Part shown: in pieces, positions 26,401-37,536 of the stretch
Layout of the letters: every line of letters begins with the position of its first letter
Numbering within the stretch: position 1 is the first letter of the stretch
Source: an uncultured Gammaproteobacteria bacterium
GTDB taxonomy: Bacteria > Patescibacteriota > Patescibacteriia > UBA11705 > JABHMO01
Direction: 5' to 3'
Length of the DNA stretch: 64,000 bases
NCBI GenBank assembly: GCA_964590105.1
Contig: CAZPYM010000001.1
Location: 160,395-224,394 of the forward strand
Translations under genes and position numbers: made by a program
The notes under the pieces: model-generated
What the model was told of the DNA's origin: nothing
Database searches by the model: none
Seen by the model: the letters and a program-made list of their open reading frames with translations, nothing else

Positions 26401-27363
26401 ATGCGGATTAGAAGCAAAGAAAAAAGAGGTGTAATCTCTTCAAAAAAATTTGATCAGATACCGGCTGAAGCCGAGCGCGAGATGACCCAAGTTTTTGATT
26501 CGCCCGGAAAAATTTTGATTAAGGTTCATTTTGGCGAGCCGGGCAATAAAGCGGCTTTAGTTCCGGCTGATGTCGCTTTTATAATTGATTGGCTAAAGGC
26601 ACGAGGACTTGAACCGATTTTTATTGATAGCCCGGTTGCTTACAATTCGCCGCGCAATTCGGTTAAAGGATATGAACAAGTGGCGAAAGATCGCGGTTAT
26701 GCCAAGTTGGCGCCGATTATTATTTCTAATGATTACGTTGACGTGAAGGCCAAGAATTTTACTGTGCAGGTAATAAAAGAATTGGCCAAGGCGGAAAACG
26801 TTTTAGTGATCTCTCATGTTAAGGGACATTATTGTTCCGGCTTTGGCGGCGCCATTAAAAATTTGGCCATGGGCGGCGTGACAAAAAAAACCAAAGGAGA
26901 AGAACATACTTTCGGTAAACCGAAATGGGTCGGCGAGTGCGATGGCTGTGGTCTGTGCGTCAAACAATGTCCGTCCAAGGCAATAAAAATGGTTGAAGGA
27001 AAAGCGAAAATTTTGCTTGACGATTGCTGGGGCTGTTCAATCTGTGAAGTGAACTGTCCGAGTCTCGCGCCGCAAGTCGCACTGTTTGACGATTTGCTTG
27101 GGCAGGCGGCGGCCGCGGTGATCAGCAAATTGCCGCTAAAAACTTATTATATAAATATCTTGAAAAATATTTCCAAATTGTGCGACTGCGAATCAGACTG
27201 CGGCGAAATCATTGCGCCGGACGCGGGCGTTTTATTTTCAATGGATCCGGTCGCCATTGACCGGGCGAGCTTGGAAAAAATTGGCAAGCAGATCTTCATG
27301 GACGCCAATTACAAAGATCCGGCATCGCAGATTGATTCTGCTGAAAAATATATTTGCAAATAA
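26401..27363 (+). CDS. DUF362-family protein with two 4Fe-4S ferredoxin-type cysteine motifs.
   Basis: A DUF362-like N-terminus (KVHFGEPGN) is followed by CDGCGLCVKQCP and CWGCSICEVNCP. The start could instead be the internal Met at 26482. Confidence 0.6.
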   Translation: MRIRSKEKRGVISSKKFDQIPAEAEREMTQVFDSPGKILIKVHFGEPGNKAALVPADVAFIIDWLKARGLEPIFIDSPVAYNSPRNSVKGYEQVAKDRGYAKLAPIIISNDYVDVKAKNFTVQVIKELAKAENVLVISHVKGHYCSGFGGAIKNLAMGGVTKKTKGEEHTFGKPKWVGECDGCGLCVKQCPSKAIKMVEGKAKILLDDCWGCSICEVNCPSLAPQVALFDDLLGQAAAAVISKLPLKTYYINILKNISKLCDCESDCGEIIAPDAGVLFSMDPVAIDRASLEKIGKQIFMDANYKDPASQIDSAEKYICK

Positions 27364-27458
27364 TTCAAATAAGTAACGCTTCCTTTAGGGTGCGAAACAG
27401 CGGGCTGAAATAATCAGCCGGAAGCGCGCGCTGAAGCGCAAGGTAATTTAAAAATTTT

Positions 27459-27764
27459 ATGAAAATTAAAAAACAAATTTTGCACGGATTTCTGCTGGCG
27501 CTCGGCGTTTTAGTTTATGTAGCGCTGGTGTCCTTTATCATGCACAGTGGCGAAAAGGCATTTGGCAATGACAATCAAATTTTTACTGTCGTCGCAATGT
27601 TGATGCTCCTGGTTTTGTCGGCGGCGATTGTCGGCAGTCTGATTTTTGGCCTGCCTATTTACTATATTTTTGACAAACAGATCCGGCCGGCTCTTCATCA
27701 ATTGCTCATAAATCTCGGCTGGCTGGCGGTTTTAACGACGGTCGTGTTGCTTTTGATGATTTAG
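27459..27764 (+). CDS. Small membrane protein (2-3 TM), hypothetical.
   Basis: Hydrophobic 101-aa ORF. Confidence 0.4.
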   Translation: MKIKKQILHGFLLALGVLVYVALVSFIMHSGEKAFGNDNQIFTVVAMLMLLVLSAAIVGSLIFGLPIYYIFDKQIRPALHQLLINLGWLAVLTTVVLLLMI

Positions 27765-28051
27765 AGTTATCCACAAGAGAAATTTTTACTTGATATTTTT
27801 TAATTTTGCTTTATACTGGCGATATAGAATAGCGTTGAAAATTAATAACAATGCAACCACCGGCGCCGGGCAGAATTTTTGGCGCAGGAATCAACATGAA
27901 AAACATTAGCTTATTCGGAGGAGAAATTTTGCCTCCCCATGGAAGACATTTAGGAAGTTTGAAAGATCAATCTTGGTCAAAATAGCGGCTTGGAATTAAG
28001 CGCTTTTTTTATTGCTGTTTAGCGATCTGGCTTCGAGGGCGTTTATCAAAT

Positions 28052-29461
28052 ATGAAAGAAAATAAAAACAATAAAAAGCAGTCACGGTTTCAATCGAAAA
28101 TAAAAATTGACTCACTTGTCCGGCGCAATGGCTTTAATATTGTTTTTGGCGGAGAAAATAGATATGGCGTCAGATATGATACGGAAATATTTTCCGGTCT
28201 TAATTTGAACTTGAAAAAAACTTTGGCGGATAATTTTGTTTACGCGCGTACGCGTCAGCTGGCTTTTGGCGTTGATCCTGTCATGGAATACCAATTTGCC
28301 CGCCCTGACCTAGCTGATTTCGCTGATTTTGGCATAGTCAAAGATTTTGGCAAGATCGCCGACGCCAATGGCCAGAAAACAAAAAAATTTATTAATGCTT
28401 TTCAGGCTGACAAGAAAAAAAAAATAAGTTATTCAGTTGATAGGCGGCGATATCCCTTAATTCCTCAAAAGCAAACACTTGCGAATCGGGCGATTTTGGC
28501 AATTTCTTTTGGCAAAGACAGCTTGCTGTCATATGGCTTGGCAAAGGAATTGGGTATTGATTGTCGTCTTGTTTTTGTCCGTGAAATGGAAAATCTGAAC
28601 AGCGTGGAAGCTAAGTTCAAACGTCGAATTATTCGCGATTTTATTAAAAAAGAGAGCGTTCAGATTAGCTACTTGTATGACAATGCTGACGAGATATTCA
28701 TGTCAAAAGTTCTTAATCGAAAAATAAAAGAATTTGACAATACCAATGGCATGCTGGCTTTTTTGCTGGAGCTCTTGCCGCTGGCATATTATCATCGCGC
28801 CAAATATGTTATTTTCGGCAATGAGGCTAATTTTTCTGATTATTTTATTAATCGCGATGGGTACAAGGCTTTTCCGTCTTTTGATCAATCTGTTGTTTAC
28901 GCGAAAAAGCTTAATCAATATTTGATGCGTTGTACGCGCGGCAATTTGCAATCGGTGAGCTTGGTGGAGCCGCTGTACAATTTAGCTGAAATGCGGATCT
29001 TGCATCACCGGTATCCTGATTTACTCCAGTATTTGATGTCCTGCTCGCCGGAAAAGCGCGGCAGTGAAAAGTGGTGCTATGAATGCCCCATGTGCGCAAA
29101 AGCATATTTGTATTTTGTGGCTGTTGGCGGCGTCCCCAAACAAATTGGTTTTAACAGAAATTTTTTTGAAAAAAAATATCTACGTCAATATGCGCTTTTT
29201 TCCACAGAAATGCCTCGCGCTTATGAAAAACCGCCGGCTGTGCGCGACGAACAGCTTTTGGCGTTTCTCCTCTCGTATCGGCGGGGGATTCGTGGCGACT
29301 TGATGGAATTATTCGTAAAAAATTTTTTGTTTGAGGCGAAGAAAAGAGAAAAATCCTTGCGTCAAAAGTTTTTTTCTTTGCATGCTTTTGCCTCAGTGCC
29401 CGGATGTTATGAAAAAAAATTATCTAATATTTTTAAAACCGAATTAAAAGAATTTTTATGA
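28052..29461 (+). CDS. PP-loop-like (adenine nucleotide alpha-hydrolase superfamily) protein with a C-terminal CxxC. Function unknown.
   Basis: ISFGKDSLLSYGLAKELG resembles the SGGxDS PP-loop. The C-terminus carries WCYECPMC. It overlaps the downstream ATP-grasp gene by 4 nt (ATGA). Confidence 0.4.
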   Translation: MKENKNNKKQSRFQSKIKIDSLVRRNGFNIVFGGENRYGVRYDTEIFSGLNLNLKKTLADNFVYARTRQLAFGVDPVMEYQFARPDLADFADFGIVKDFGKIADANGQKTKKFINAFQADKKKKISYSVDRRRYPLIPQKQTLANRAILAISFGKDSLLSYGLAKELGIDCRLVFVREMENLNSVEAKFKRRIIRDFIKKESVQISYLYDNADEIFMSKVLNRKIKEFDNTNGMLAFLLELLPLAYYHRAKYVIFGNEANFSDYFINRDGYKAFPSFDQSVVYAKKLNQYLMRCTRGNLQSVSLVEPLYNLAEMRILHHRYPDLLQYLMSCSPEKRGSEKWCYECPMCAKAYLYFVAVGGVPKQIGFNRNFFEKKYLRQYALFSTEMPRAYEKPPAVRDEQLLAFLLSYRRGIRGDLMELFVKNFLFEAKKREKSLRQKFFSLHAFASVPGCYEKKLSNIFKTELKEFL

Positions 29462-31887
29462 AGAATGGCAATGATTTCAGTGGCAAAACCATACTGCTGG
29501 TTAATTCCGGATCAATTAAAAAACGATTCATATTGCAGCGCTTGAAAAAATTGGGCGTAAAAATTATTTGTCTTAACGGCGAAAAAAATTGGGCTCAGGC
29601 CTATGTTGATAGTTGGATAATAGCTGATAATACCAATTATCGCGAGGCGGTCGGAGCAGTCAAGGATTTTTTGAACAATAATCCGCAAGAGCGGCTGGAC
29701 GGTGCGCTGACCTTTTGGGAAGACGATGTTTTGTTGACTGCGAAAATTATAGATAAATTCAATTTAATCGGTACGCCCTACGCCATCGCAAAAAATATCA
29801 GAAATAAATTCGCTTTTCGCGAATTTTGCCGCTCGAACAATCTGCCGTCGCCAAAGTACGCTCTGTTGAAAAGCGCGGCGGATATTCAAAATTTACCGCC
29901 GGATTTCAAATTTCCCCTGGTGATTAAGCCTGCTTACGGAGCCAGCAGCGCTTATGTTGTGAGAGTTGATAATCAGGAAGATTTGCTTAGCACTTACAAT
30001 TACATCAAGAAAAATATTTCATCCAAAATTGAAAGTGCGCTTATCGAAGGCGTGGATATTTTCGTGGAGGAATACATAGACGGCGACGAAGTGGACGTGG
30101 ACATTGTCTTGCAGAACGGCAAAATAAAGTTTTATTCGATTTCAGACAATTATCAGACAAAAGAGCCGTTTTTTGTCGAAACTGGACAATCGATTCCGTC
30201 CGGGCTTTCAAAAAAGATTCAATTTGACCTTATCTCCTCGGCGGAGGAAATTTTGGAAAAGATGGGCGTGCAAAATGGCGTTATCCATTTTGAAGCTAAG
30301 TCAACTCTCTCCGGGCCGGTTCCAATTGAAATAAATTTGCGCATGGGCGGCGACGAGGTGCATTCTTTTGTCAAAGGAGCTTGGGGAATTGATCTTATTG
30401 ACGCCGCGGTCATGGTGGCCTTGGGATATTTTGTTCCAAAGGTTCAAATTCCTGAAATGCCAAAGAAGTACATGACGGGAGTTTATTTTTTGACTGATTG
30501 CTCGGGCATTTTGTCCAAATTGGAGATTCGGCCGGAATTATCCAAATTGCCATCTTTGGAAGAGGTGCATTTTTTCAAACGAATAGGAGACGCGATATTG
30601 GTTCCGCCGGAGGGCTATGAATATTTGGGCTGGATCACGGTTTCCGGTTACAGCTTGCTTGACGCTCAAGAAAATTTAAAGCAGGCGCTTAAATACATTC
30701 AGTATGAAGTGGCCAAATTTGCTCCGGAATCTTCCATCGGGAAAACTTCTCGCAAAAATAGTTTTTCTCAGGCCGAACTTCACGGCAATTTGCTTGTTCA
30801 TCGCGTCAAAATTGAAAAAATCAGAGTTATTAAAAAAGAGGATCAGCGAAATTTGCACGTCGGCATTGCCTGTAATGTTTTTGAAAACAATGATGGAAAG
30901 AATAATGTTGAACAGGAATTGATGTCAGTCGGACGCAATATCGAGGCGGCCCTGAAAGAACGCGGATATCGCACGACTTTTTTCAATTTCAATCAAATTG
31001 AAAAAGTATTTAATGATTTAAAGAATAGTGACGTGGATATTGTTTTTAATGTTTGCGAGCGCATTAACAATTCAAGCTTGCTCGAGCCGCATGCGGCAGC
31101 TTTGCTTGATATTTTGGGAGTGCCTTATACCGGATCAAATCCCTCTACCTTGAGCTTATGCATTGACAAGATTAGAGTAAAAAAATTGCTTTCGTATCAC
31201 AAAGTGCCGACCCCGCGCTGGGATTTTGCATATGAGTTGGACGACGAAATCGACAGCAATCTGAAATACCCGCTGATCGTCAAGCCCGCTAATACGGATA
31301 ATTCAATCGGCATTAATAATGATTCAGTGGTGTCGAATAAAGAAGAATTAAACCGTCAATTAAAAAAAATCATTGTTGAGATCGGCAGTCCGGCCTTGAT
31401 CGAAGAATTTATTGAAGGAGACGAATATGATGTCTCAATACTTGGAAGCGAGGATGATGATCTGCGCGTTTTGCCATTATCGAGGTCAATATTTAAAAAC
31501 ATGAAACAGGGGGATTGGCATATTTACACCCATGAAATGAAATTCGGCGAGAACTCATTGGATCAATTCGGTATAGTTGTGCAAAGACCGCCAAAAAATA
31601 TTAGTAAAAAATTGGAAACGCTCATGACTGAAATTGCGCTGGATACATATAATATACTAGGCTGTCACGACTATGGACGGGTTGAAATCAGAGTGGACAA
31701 AGATGACAATCCGTATGTACTGGAATTAAATCCGAATCCATCCATTAACATTAAAGATTGTGTCCCTTCGGTCGCGGATTTGTCGGGACTGGGTTATGAA
31801 GATTTTTTGGAGAATATTATCAGCATGGCTATACGGCGCTATCGCAACCGTCCGCCATATTATCATCTGAAAACAAATTCCATGTGA
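29458..31887 (+). CDS. Tandem double ATP-grasp ligase (two Ddl/RimK-like modules).
   Basis: There are two sets of ATP-grasp motifs: LVIKPAYGASSAYVVRV...EEYIDGDEVDVDIV and LIVKPANTDNSIGINNDSVV...EEFIEGDEYDVSIL...VLELNPNPSI. Confidence 0.75.
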   Translation: MKNGNDFSGKTILLVNSGSIKKRFILQRLKKLGVKIICLNGEKNWAQAYVDSWIIADNTNYREAVGAVKDFLNNNPQERLDGALTFWEDDVLLTAKIIDKFNLIGTPYAIAKNIRNKFAFREFCRSNNLPSPKYALLKSAADIQNLPPDFKFPLVIKPAYGASSAYVVRVDNQEDLLSTYNYIKKNISSKIESALIEGVDIFVEEYIDGDEVDVDIVLQNGKIKFYSISDNYQTKEPFFVETGQSIPSGLSKKIQFDLISSAEEILEKMGVQNGVIHFEAKSTLSGPVPIEINLRMGGDEVHSFVKGAWGIDLIDAAVMVALGYFVPKVQIPEMPKKYMTGVYFLTDCSGILSKLEIRPELSKLPSLEEVHFFKRIGDAILVPPEGYEYLGWITVSGYSLLDAQENLKQALKYIQYEVAKFAPESSIGKTSRKNSFSQAELHGNLLVHRVKIEKIRVIKKEDQRNLHVGIACNVFENNDGKNNVEQELMSVGRNIEAALKERGYRTTFFNFNQIEKVFNDLKNSDVDIVFNVCERINNSSLLEPHAAALLDILGVPYTGSNPSTLSLCIDKIRVKKLLSYHKVPTPRWDFAYELDDEIDSNLKYPLIVKPANTDNSIGINNDSVVSNKEELNRQLKKIIVEIGSPALIEEFIEGDEYDVSILGSEDDDLRVLPLSRSIFKNMKQGDWHIYTHEMKFGENSLDQFGIVVQRPPKNISKKLETLMTEIALDTYNILGCHDYGRVEIRVDKDDNPYVLELNPNPSINIKDCVPSVADLSGLGYEDFLENIISMAIRRYRNRPPYYHLKTNSM

Positions 31888-32034
31888 TAGGTTTGTTTTC
31901 ATGGCGACTTTATTTTAAACCGATGAAAAATCATGGCGTATGCTATGTTTTTTTATGTTTGATTGAATTGATTTTTTAGGCTGATTATGTTAATCTTTAT
32001 TTAGAAATAAGTTAATTTATAATGCTTTTTTATT

Positions 32035-33618
32035 ATGCAAAAATTAAAGGTTATTGGTTCCGTAGTGACCGTAATTTTAATAATTATAATTGTTTTCGGC
32101 TTTGCTGTGAATTTTATTCTGGGATCTGCTGAAATGCCGGACCCGGTCATTCAGGTTATAGTTGAAAAAGGCCAGGTTTGGCACCGCGGGCAAGGCGATA
32201 TTGATTTTCAAGAGGTTGACAGCCAGATTCAGGCTGTAGCGGGAGATATTGTGAAAACAGGAGATAATTCAGTGGCCAGAATTTCATTTTTTGGCACGCA
32301 GGAGCTAATGATGGACGAGGATTCGGAAGTGATAATTACGGCGGGCATGATAGACCAAAATTCGCCGCTCCTGACCCAGGTCAAAGTGAAGTTGATCAAA
32401 GGGCAGGTTTGGGCTCGGTTGATGGAGCTATTGCATCCACAGGCGGCTTTTGAAGTGGAGGCCGGCAACGTGGTGGCCACAGTGCGCGGGACTTCATTTA
32501 ACGTGGCTCTGACGGACACTTATGTAGAGGTGTTTGTTTATGAAAATGAAGTCGCGATTTATGAAAAATCGAGCGAGGCGTTTCTGGCGGCACTGCAAAC
32601 TGGACAGATTTTTAGATATGATTTATTAAATAAAAAATTTGAAATTAATAGCGCGAATGTATTAGATCTGAAAACCAGCCAAAGAGAAAATCCTTGGATA
32701 CTGAATAATATGATGATGAATAGGGAATTTAAAAATTTTGTGGAATTCAATCGACAGCTGATTTTGAAAAAAATAAAAGTTTTACCAGACTCAAAATGGT
32801 TTAGATTAAAATTATTCGGCGAGCGGCTTCGCGGTTTTATTGCGCTTGATAAAGATTCATATCAACAAAAATTAAATGCTAAGAGAGCCATCGAAGCGCA
32901 AGCAATGTTTGATGCCGGCAAAATTGACCAAGCAATCGCTCATTTGCGCGAGTTTGGCATTAATAAAGAAAATTGTCCGACATTTGCCAGACTGCAATCA
33001 TTTGATGCGAATTTTACTGATAAGCTGGCTCGAAATGAGCAAGTGCGGGAATTCTTTTTTAGTGAAATGTTAAATGTGGCTGAGAAAGATTTTGTCGGCG
33101 CCAGGACTCAAAATATTAATTCAAAAATACAGTTACCGGTTGAATCAGACACTTTGAAAATCGAGGAGCCAGAGATCAAAGTTAATATTGAAGCGCCAAG
33201 CAAACCTGCAGAGCCGGCAACTGTACTGCCAACTGTGGAAACCGAACAGCCCAAAGCCCCAGAAAGCGCTCCGGTAGTGAAAGAACCCGTGGAAAATCAG
33301 ACAGCGCCGGCAGAACCGGCTAAACCGGTCAGCTTAAAAATCTCCGCTGATAAAGTGAATTTGTCATCCGGCGGACAAGCTGTTCTAGACGCTTTGCTCG
33401 AATATAGTGACAAAACAAGTTCAAATGTTACTGCGGATACTGTTTTGTCGCTTGGGCCCGATGATCTGACCGGTGAGTACGCCGGCAGTTTGAATGGAAA
33501 TATTTTTTCTGCGAGTGACCGAGGCGGCAAGGCGTACATCAAAGGCACTTACAGAACTTTAGATGGACAATCGTTTAGCGACAATCTGACAATTACTGTT
33601 TTGATAATGGTGAATTAA
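32035..33618 (+). CDS. FecR-domain protein with an N-terminal TM and a Pro/Ala/Glu-rich linker.
   Basis: GDIVKTGDNSVARISFFGTQ...GQVWARL...VATVRGTSFNV is a FecR domain. It has a single N-terminal TM. Confidence 0.6.
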   Translation: MQKLKVIGSVVTVILIIIIVFGFAVNFILGSAEMPDPVIQVIVEKGQVWHRGQGDIDFQEVDSQIQAVAGDIVKTGDNSVARISFFGTQELMMDEDSEVIITAGMIDQNSPLLTQVKVKLIKGQVWARLMELLHPQAAFEVEAGNVVATVRGTSFNVALTDTYVEVFVYENEVAIYEKSSEAFLAALQTGQIFRYDLLNKKFEINSANVLDLKTSQRENPWILNNMMMNREFKNFVEFNRQLILKKIKVLPDSKWFRLKLFGERLRGFIALDKDSYQQKLNAKRAIEAQAMFDAGKIDQAIAHLREFGINKENCPTFARLQSFDANFTDKLARNEQVREFFFSEMLNVAEKDFVGARTQNINSKIQLPVESDTLKIEEPEIKVNIEAPSKPAEPATVLPTVETEQPKAPESAPVVKEPVENQTAPAEPAKPVSLKISADKVNLSSGGQAVLDALLEYSDKTSSNVTADTVLSLGPDDLTGEYAGSLNGNIFSASDRGGKAYIKGTYRTLDGQSFSDNLTITVLIMVN

Positions 33619-33626
33619 TTTTTCCA

Positions 33627-35618
33627 TTGTTTATGGTAAGTAAAAAAGTAAAATCATTCAGTGCCGTGATAGTTGTCGCGTTTGCCGTCGGCATTGTGTT
33701 TTTATTGATGGACTTTGGTGTGTTTTCGTTGTTTGACGCGCTTTTTCAGGATAAGCTATTTATTCAAGAAAATTTATCTGGTCAGGTTGTAATTATCGGA
33801 ATTGACGATAAATCCATTCAGCAATACGGCGAATGGCCGTGGATGCGCGACAAGCACGCGGACATGATTGAAAAGCTGGAACAATCAGGCGCAAAAGTGA
33901 TCGGCTATGATGTGACATTTAGCGAACGAGGCCAGGGGGATGAAGCTTTGCTTCAAACGCTCGGCAAATATAACAATCTGGTCTTTCCTATGGAAGGACA
34001 AATTATAGTCAGTGAGAATGAAAAGCCGAAATTCAAAAGTGTTTTATGGCCAATAAATGAGATTAGGCAAGGCGCTTTTGTCGGCCATGTGAATTTTGTT
34101 CTTGACAGTGATGGCAAGATTAGGCGGACAGCCAATTATGTTAAATATAATGATTTGAATATTGCGCCGTTTTTTGTCGGCGTCCTGCAAAAAGGCGGCT
34201 ATTGGCAGGAGGAAAACGACCTGTTTCCATCTTTGTATGATTTTGATAAATACGGTTTGTTCAGAATTAGATTCTTGGGCCCGGAGCAAACATTCAAATA
34301 CTATTCTTTTGCCGACGTAATGCAGAGTGATTTTGACGCCGGAATCTTGAACAACAAAATTGTTCTGGTGGGCGCGGTGGCGAGCGATTTGCATGACGAA
34401 TTTTATACCGCTTCCACGCGGACCAGCGCTATGTCCGGCGTAGAAGTGCAGGCCAATCTGATTGATGGTTATTTGCAACAGAAAACTATCAGGGAAATTA
34501 ACAATATTTTTTATTATTTAATATTATTTGTTGTTCTCGGAATAGCGGGTGGATTGATTGTTTTTAGGACAAATTGGTATTATTCATTGCCTTTGTTGAT
34601 TGCCCTCATCGTTTTATATTTAATCGGCGTGGCGCTGGCTTTTGCTTTTGAATATTTGATTTCAATTTTATATCCGCTTTTGCTGATTATAATAATTTTC
34701 GCTTTTGGTTATTTGGTAAAGTATCTTTTTGAATCGCAGGAAAAGAAAAAAATCCGCGCCGGTTTTTCGCAATACGTTGCCAAAGAGGTTGTTGATGAAT
34801 TGATCGCTCACCCGGAAAAATTAAATCTTGGTGGCGAGCGACGGGAACTGACAATTTTATTTTCCGATATCCGCGGTTTTACCGGCTTGTCCGAAAAAAT
34901 GAAGCCAGAGGAGCTGGTAAATTATCTGAACGATTATTTGACTGAAATGACCGGCGTAATAATGCAAACTCGTGGCGTGGTTGATAAATTTATCGGCGAC
35001 GCAATCATGGCTTTTTGGAATTCGCCGCTTGACAATGAAAATCACCGGCAGGACGGATTACGGACAGCTATTTTAATGCAGCGCTGTTTGAAGCTGTTTA
35101 ATATCAAAATGAAACAAAGAGGCGAGCCGGAAATTGAAATTGGCATCGGCCTTAATTCCGGCGAAGTAGTTGTCGGCAATCTGGGTTCGCGGGAGCGATT
35201 TGATTATACGGCCATTGGCGATGATGTTAATCTGGCCTCGCGGCTCGAAAGTTTAACAAAATATTACGGTGTTGGTATTTTGGCTTCTGAAAAAACCGTA
35301 TTGCCGGCAAAAGCAGGTTTTGCTATTCGATATTTGGACACGGTGGCTGTCAAGGGTAAGCAAACCGGCGTGAGAGTTTATCAAGTACTGGGTTTTGTTG
35401 AAGACAAAAAACAATTTGCTGATTTGATTGAAGAATTTGAAGCGGCGACTGAATTATATTTAAATCAAAAATGGCCGGAAGCAATAGCTGCCTTTGAAAA
35501 ATTGCAAAAAAAATATCCTGATGACCGGCCGATTGAAATGTATTTGACCCGGATTCGCGAGTATCAGGAAAAGCCGCCGGAAAATTTTGACGGAGTGTTT
35601 CGAGCGAGCTTTAAGTAG
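33627..35618 (+). CDS. CHASE2-sensor class III adenylate/guanylate cyclase.
   Basis: A periplasmic CHASE2-like region and TM helices precede the cyclase core FSDIRGFTGLSEKM...FIGDAIMAFW. Confidence 0.8.
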   Translation: MFMVSKKVKSFSAVIVVAFAVGIVFLLMDFGVFSLFDALFQDKLFIQENLSGQVVIIGIDDKSIQQYGEWPWMRDKHADMIEKLEQSGAKVIGYDVTFSERGQGDEALLQTLGKYNNLVFPMEGQIIVSENEKPKFKSVLWPINEIRQGAFVGHVNFVLDSDGKIRRTANYVKYNDLNIAPFFVGVLQKGGYWQEENDLFPSLYDFDKYGLFRIRFLGPEQTFKYYSFADVMQSDFDAGILNNKIVLVGAVASDLHDEFYTASTRTSAMSGVEVQANLIDGYLQQKTIREINNIFYYLILFVVLGIAGGLIVFRTNWYYSLPLLIALIVLYLIGVALAFAFEYLISILYPLLLIIIIFAFGYLVKYLFESQEKKKIRAGFSQYVAKEVVDELIAHPEKLNLGGERRELTILFSDIRGFTGLSEKMKPEELVNYLNDYLTEMTGVIMQTRGVVDKFIGDAIMAFWNSPLDNENHRQDGLRTAILMQRCLKLFNIKMKQRGEPEIEIGIGLNSGEVVVGNLGSRERFDYTAIGDDVNLASRLESLTKYYGVGILASEKTVLPAKAGFAIRYLDTVAVKGKQTGVRVYQVLGFVEDKKQFADLIEEFEAATELYLNQKWPEAIAAFEKLQKKYPDDRPIEMYLTRIREYQEKPPENFDGVFRASFK

Positions 35619-35859
35619 TTAAACGTTATAAGGTAAAAGGTAAAAGTTGGAAAAGATAAAGGAGGTCTACTAGATTAACTGAATTTCCGCCATAGGTGGA
35701 TGCGCCTTTGGCGCAAACTTAATTAACTTGGTCAACTTGGTTAACTCTCTTCCTAATTAGCGATCGCGACCGTTCAGTACTAAAAGTTAAAAAGCTCGGC
35801 TGAGGATGGTCGAGCTTTTTGATTGTCAAACAGGCGAATAATTGCTAATATTGGTTTGT

Positions 35860-37080
35860 ATGGAAAAGCCTTTCAATATCAGACCGCTCGCCGATCGTAT
35901 GCGGCCCAGCTCGCTGGACTTTTTTTTGGGTCAGGAAGAAATCGTGGGAGACAAAACATTATTGCGGCAGGCGATTGAATCTGACCGCGTACCGTCCATG
36001 ATTTTTTGGGGTCCGCCCGGCACCGGCAAAACAACCTTGGCCCACATTATTGCCAATTCAACCAAGTCAAATTTTATTAGAATCAGTGCGGTCGCAAGTG
36101 GAGTGAAAGATCTGCGGGAAATTATCAGTAGCGCTGAAGCGGCCGGCCGACTGGGTGAAAGCACGATTCTTTTTATTGACGAGATCCACCGCTGGAGCAA
36201 ATCGCAACAAGATTATCTTTTGCCGATCGTGGAACGCGGCACAGTTACTTTGATCGGCGCCACCACGGAAAACCCGAGTTTTGAAGTGAGGGGGGCGCTG
36301 TTGTCTCGTTGCCGGGTTTTTGTTTTGAAGCAATTAACAGCCGAACAAATTAAAAAAATAATTGAGCAAGCACTTGAGGACAAAGAAAAAGGGCTGGGGG
36401 ATTTGAACATAAAAATTAATTCAGAAGTAATTGAGATGATTGCCGGGATGAGCAATGGCGACGCGCGAACCGCACTGAATATTCTGGAATATGCGAGTTC
36501 AATTGACAAAAATATTACAGCTGAAATTGTTAAACAGGCATTTCAAAAATCGCATTTAATGTATGACAAAAACGGCGACGAGCATTACAATATAATTTCT
36601 GCCTTGCACAAGGCAATGCGCGGTTCGGACGCCAATGCCGCGCTGTATTGGCTGGCGCGAATGCTCGAGGCCGGCGAGGATCCTCTCTACGTCGCGAGAA
36701 GAATTGTCCGGTTTGCATCTGAGGATATCGGCCTGGCCAATTCTCGAGCCTTGGAGCAGGCGGTAGCCGCGTATCAAGCCTGTCATTTTCTTGGAATGCC
36801 GGAATGTAATTTGGCAATAGCGCAAGCGGTTGTTTATATGGCTAAATGCACAAAGTCTAACCAGCTGTACTCAGCTTATCAAAAAGTTCAAAAAGATATT
36901 GAACAATTTGGCAATCTGCCGGTGCCACTGCACATTCGAAACGCGCCGACCAAACTTATGAAAGAGTTGGGTTACGGTAAAGAATACAAGTACAGTCCGG
37001 ACTTTGATTACAATGAAAAACAGCAGTATTTGCCGGATGAATTGAAAAATAAAAATTATTTAGGTGTTGACAAAGCCTAG
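35860..37080 (+). CDS. rarA: Replication-associated recombination protein A (RarA/MgsA AAA+ ATPase).
   Basis: Contains [21 protein letters not shown] and the RarA C-terminal helical domain. I chose the start at the first ATG; the ORF-track start is a TTG. Confidence 0.85.
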   Translation: MEKPFNIRPLADRMRPSSLDFFLGQEEIVGDKTLLRQAIESDRVPSMIFWGPPGTGKTTLAHIIANSTKSNFIRISAVASGVKDLREIISSAEAAGRLGESTILFIDEIHRWSKSQQDYLLPIVERGTVTLIGATTENPSFEVRGALLSRCRVFVLKQLTAEQIKKIIEQALEDKEKGLGDLNIKINSEVIEMIAGMSNGDARTALNILEYASSIDKNITAEIVKQAFQKSHLMYDKNGDEHYNIISALHKAMRGSDANAALYWLARMLEAGEDPLYVARRIVRFASEDIGLANSRALEQAVAAYQACHFLGMPECNLAIAQAVVYMAKCTKSNQLYSAYQKVQKDIEQFGNLPVPLHIRNAPTKLMKELGYGKEYKYSPDFDYNEKQQYLPDELKNKNYLGVDKA

Positions 37081-37139
37081 ACTTGCAGGCAAAATAAGAA
37101 TGAAATTTAGTAACTGCGCACTTTATAGGGAGGAGTGCC

Positions 37140-37400
37140 ATGACAGATCCGTACGATCTCAAGAGTTTACCAACAAAAGTTCTTTTGCAGTATTTGCAAG
37201 CGGCGCGCGAAAAGCGAGGCCGGTATTATCCGGTTCCAGGCGGGCACGCGATTTCCAATGACGACATCAAAGCTGAATTGAAAAAGCGCGAGCATGTGCC
37301 CAATAAGCAGGAAGCTCGCGTTGTGAGGCGGGAACGGGCTTATCGCGATCAGGCGCGGCGTAATCGACGAAAATCGCAGAAAAAAAGGCGTGGCTGGTGA
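37140..37400 (+). CDS. Small basic hypothetical protein.
   Basis: An 86-aa protein with an Arg/Lys-rich C-terminus. Confidence 0.35.
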   Translation: MTDPYDLKSLPTKVLLQYLQAAREKRGRYYPVPGGHAISNDDIKAELKKREHVPNKQEARVVRRERAYRDQARRNRRKSQKKRRGW

Positions 37401-37536
37401 GCTACGTGACACAAAGCAAGCTTTTGACGGCTTGCTTTTTACTTGTCAAATCTTGTCAATTGTAATATAATTAAGCTGATTTTAATAATTAATAAAATTT
37501 GCAAAATTTAACAAATTTGCAGGAAAATTAAACATT

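Noticed and set aside
35931-37162. Multiple minus-strand ORFs (36067..36333, 36530..36825 and others) inside rarA.
   Set aside because: They are antisense to a well-supported AAA+ gene.
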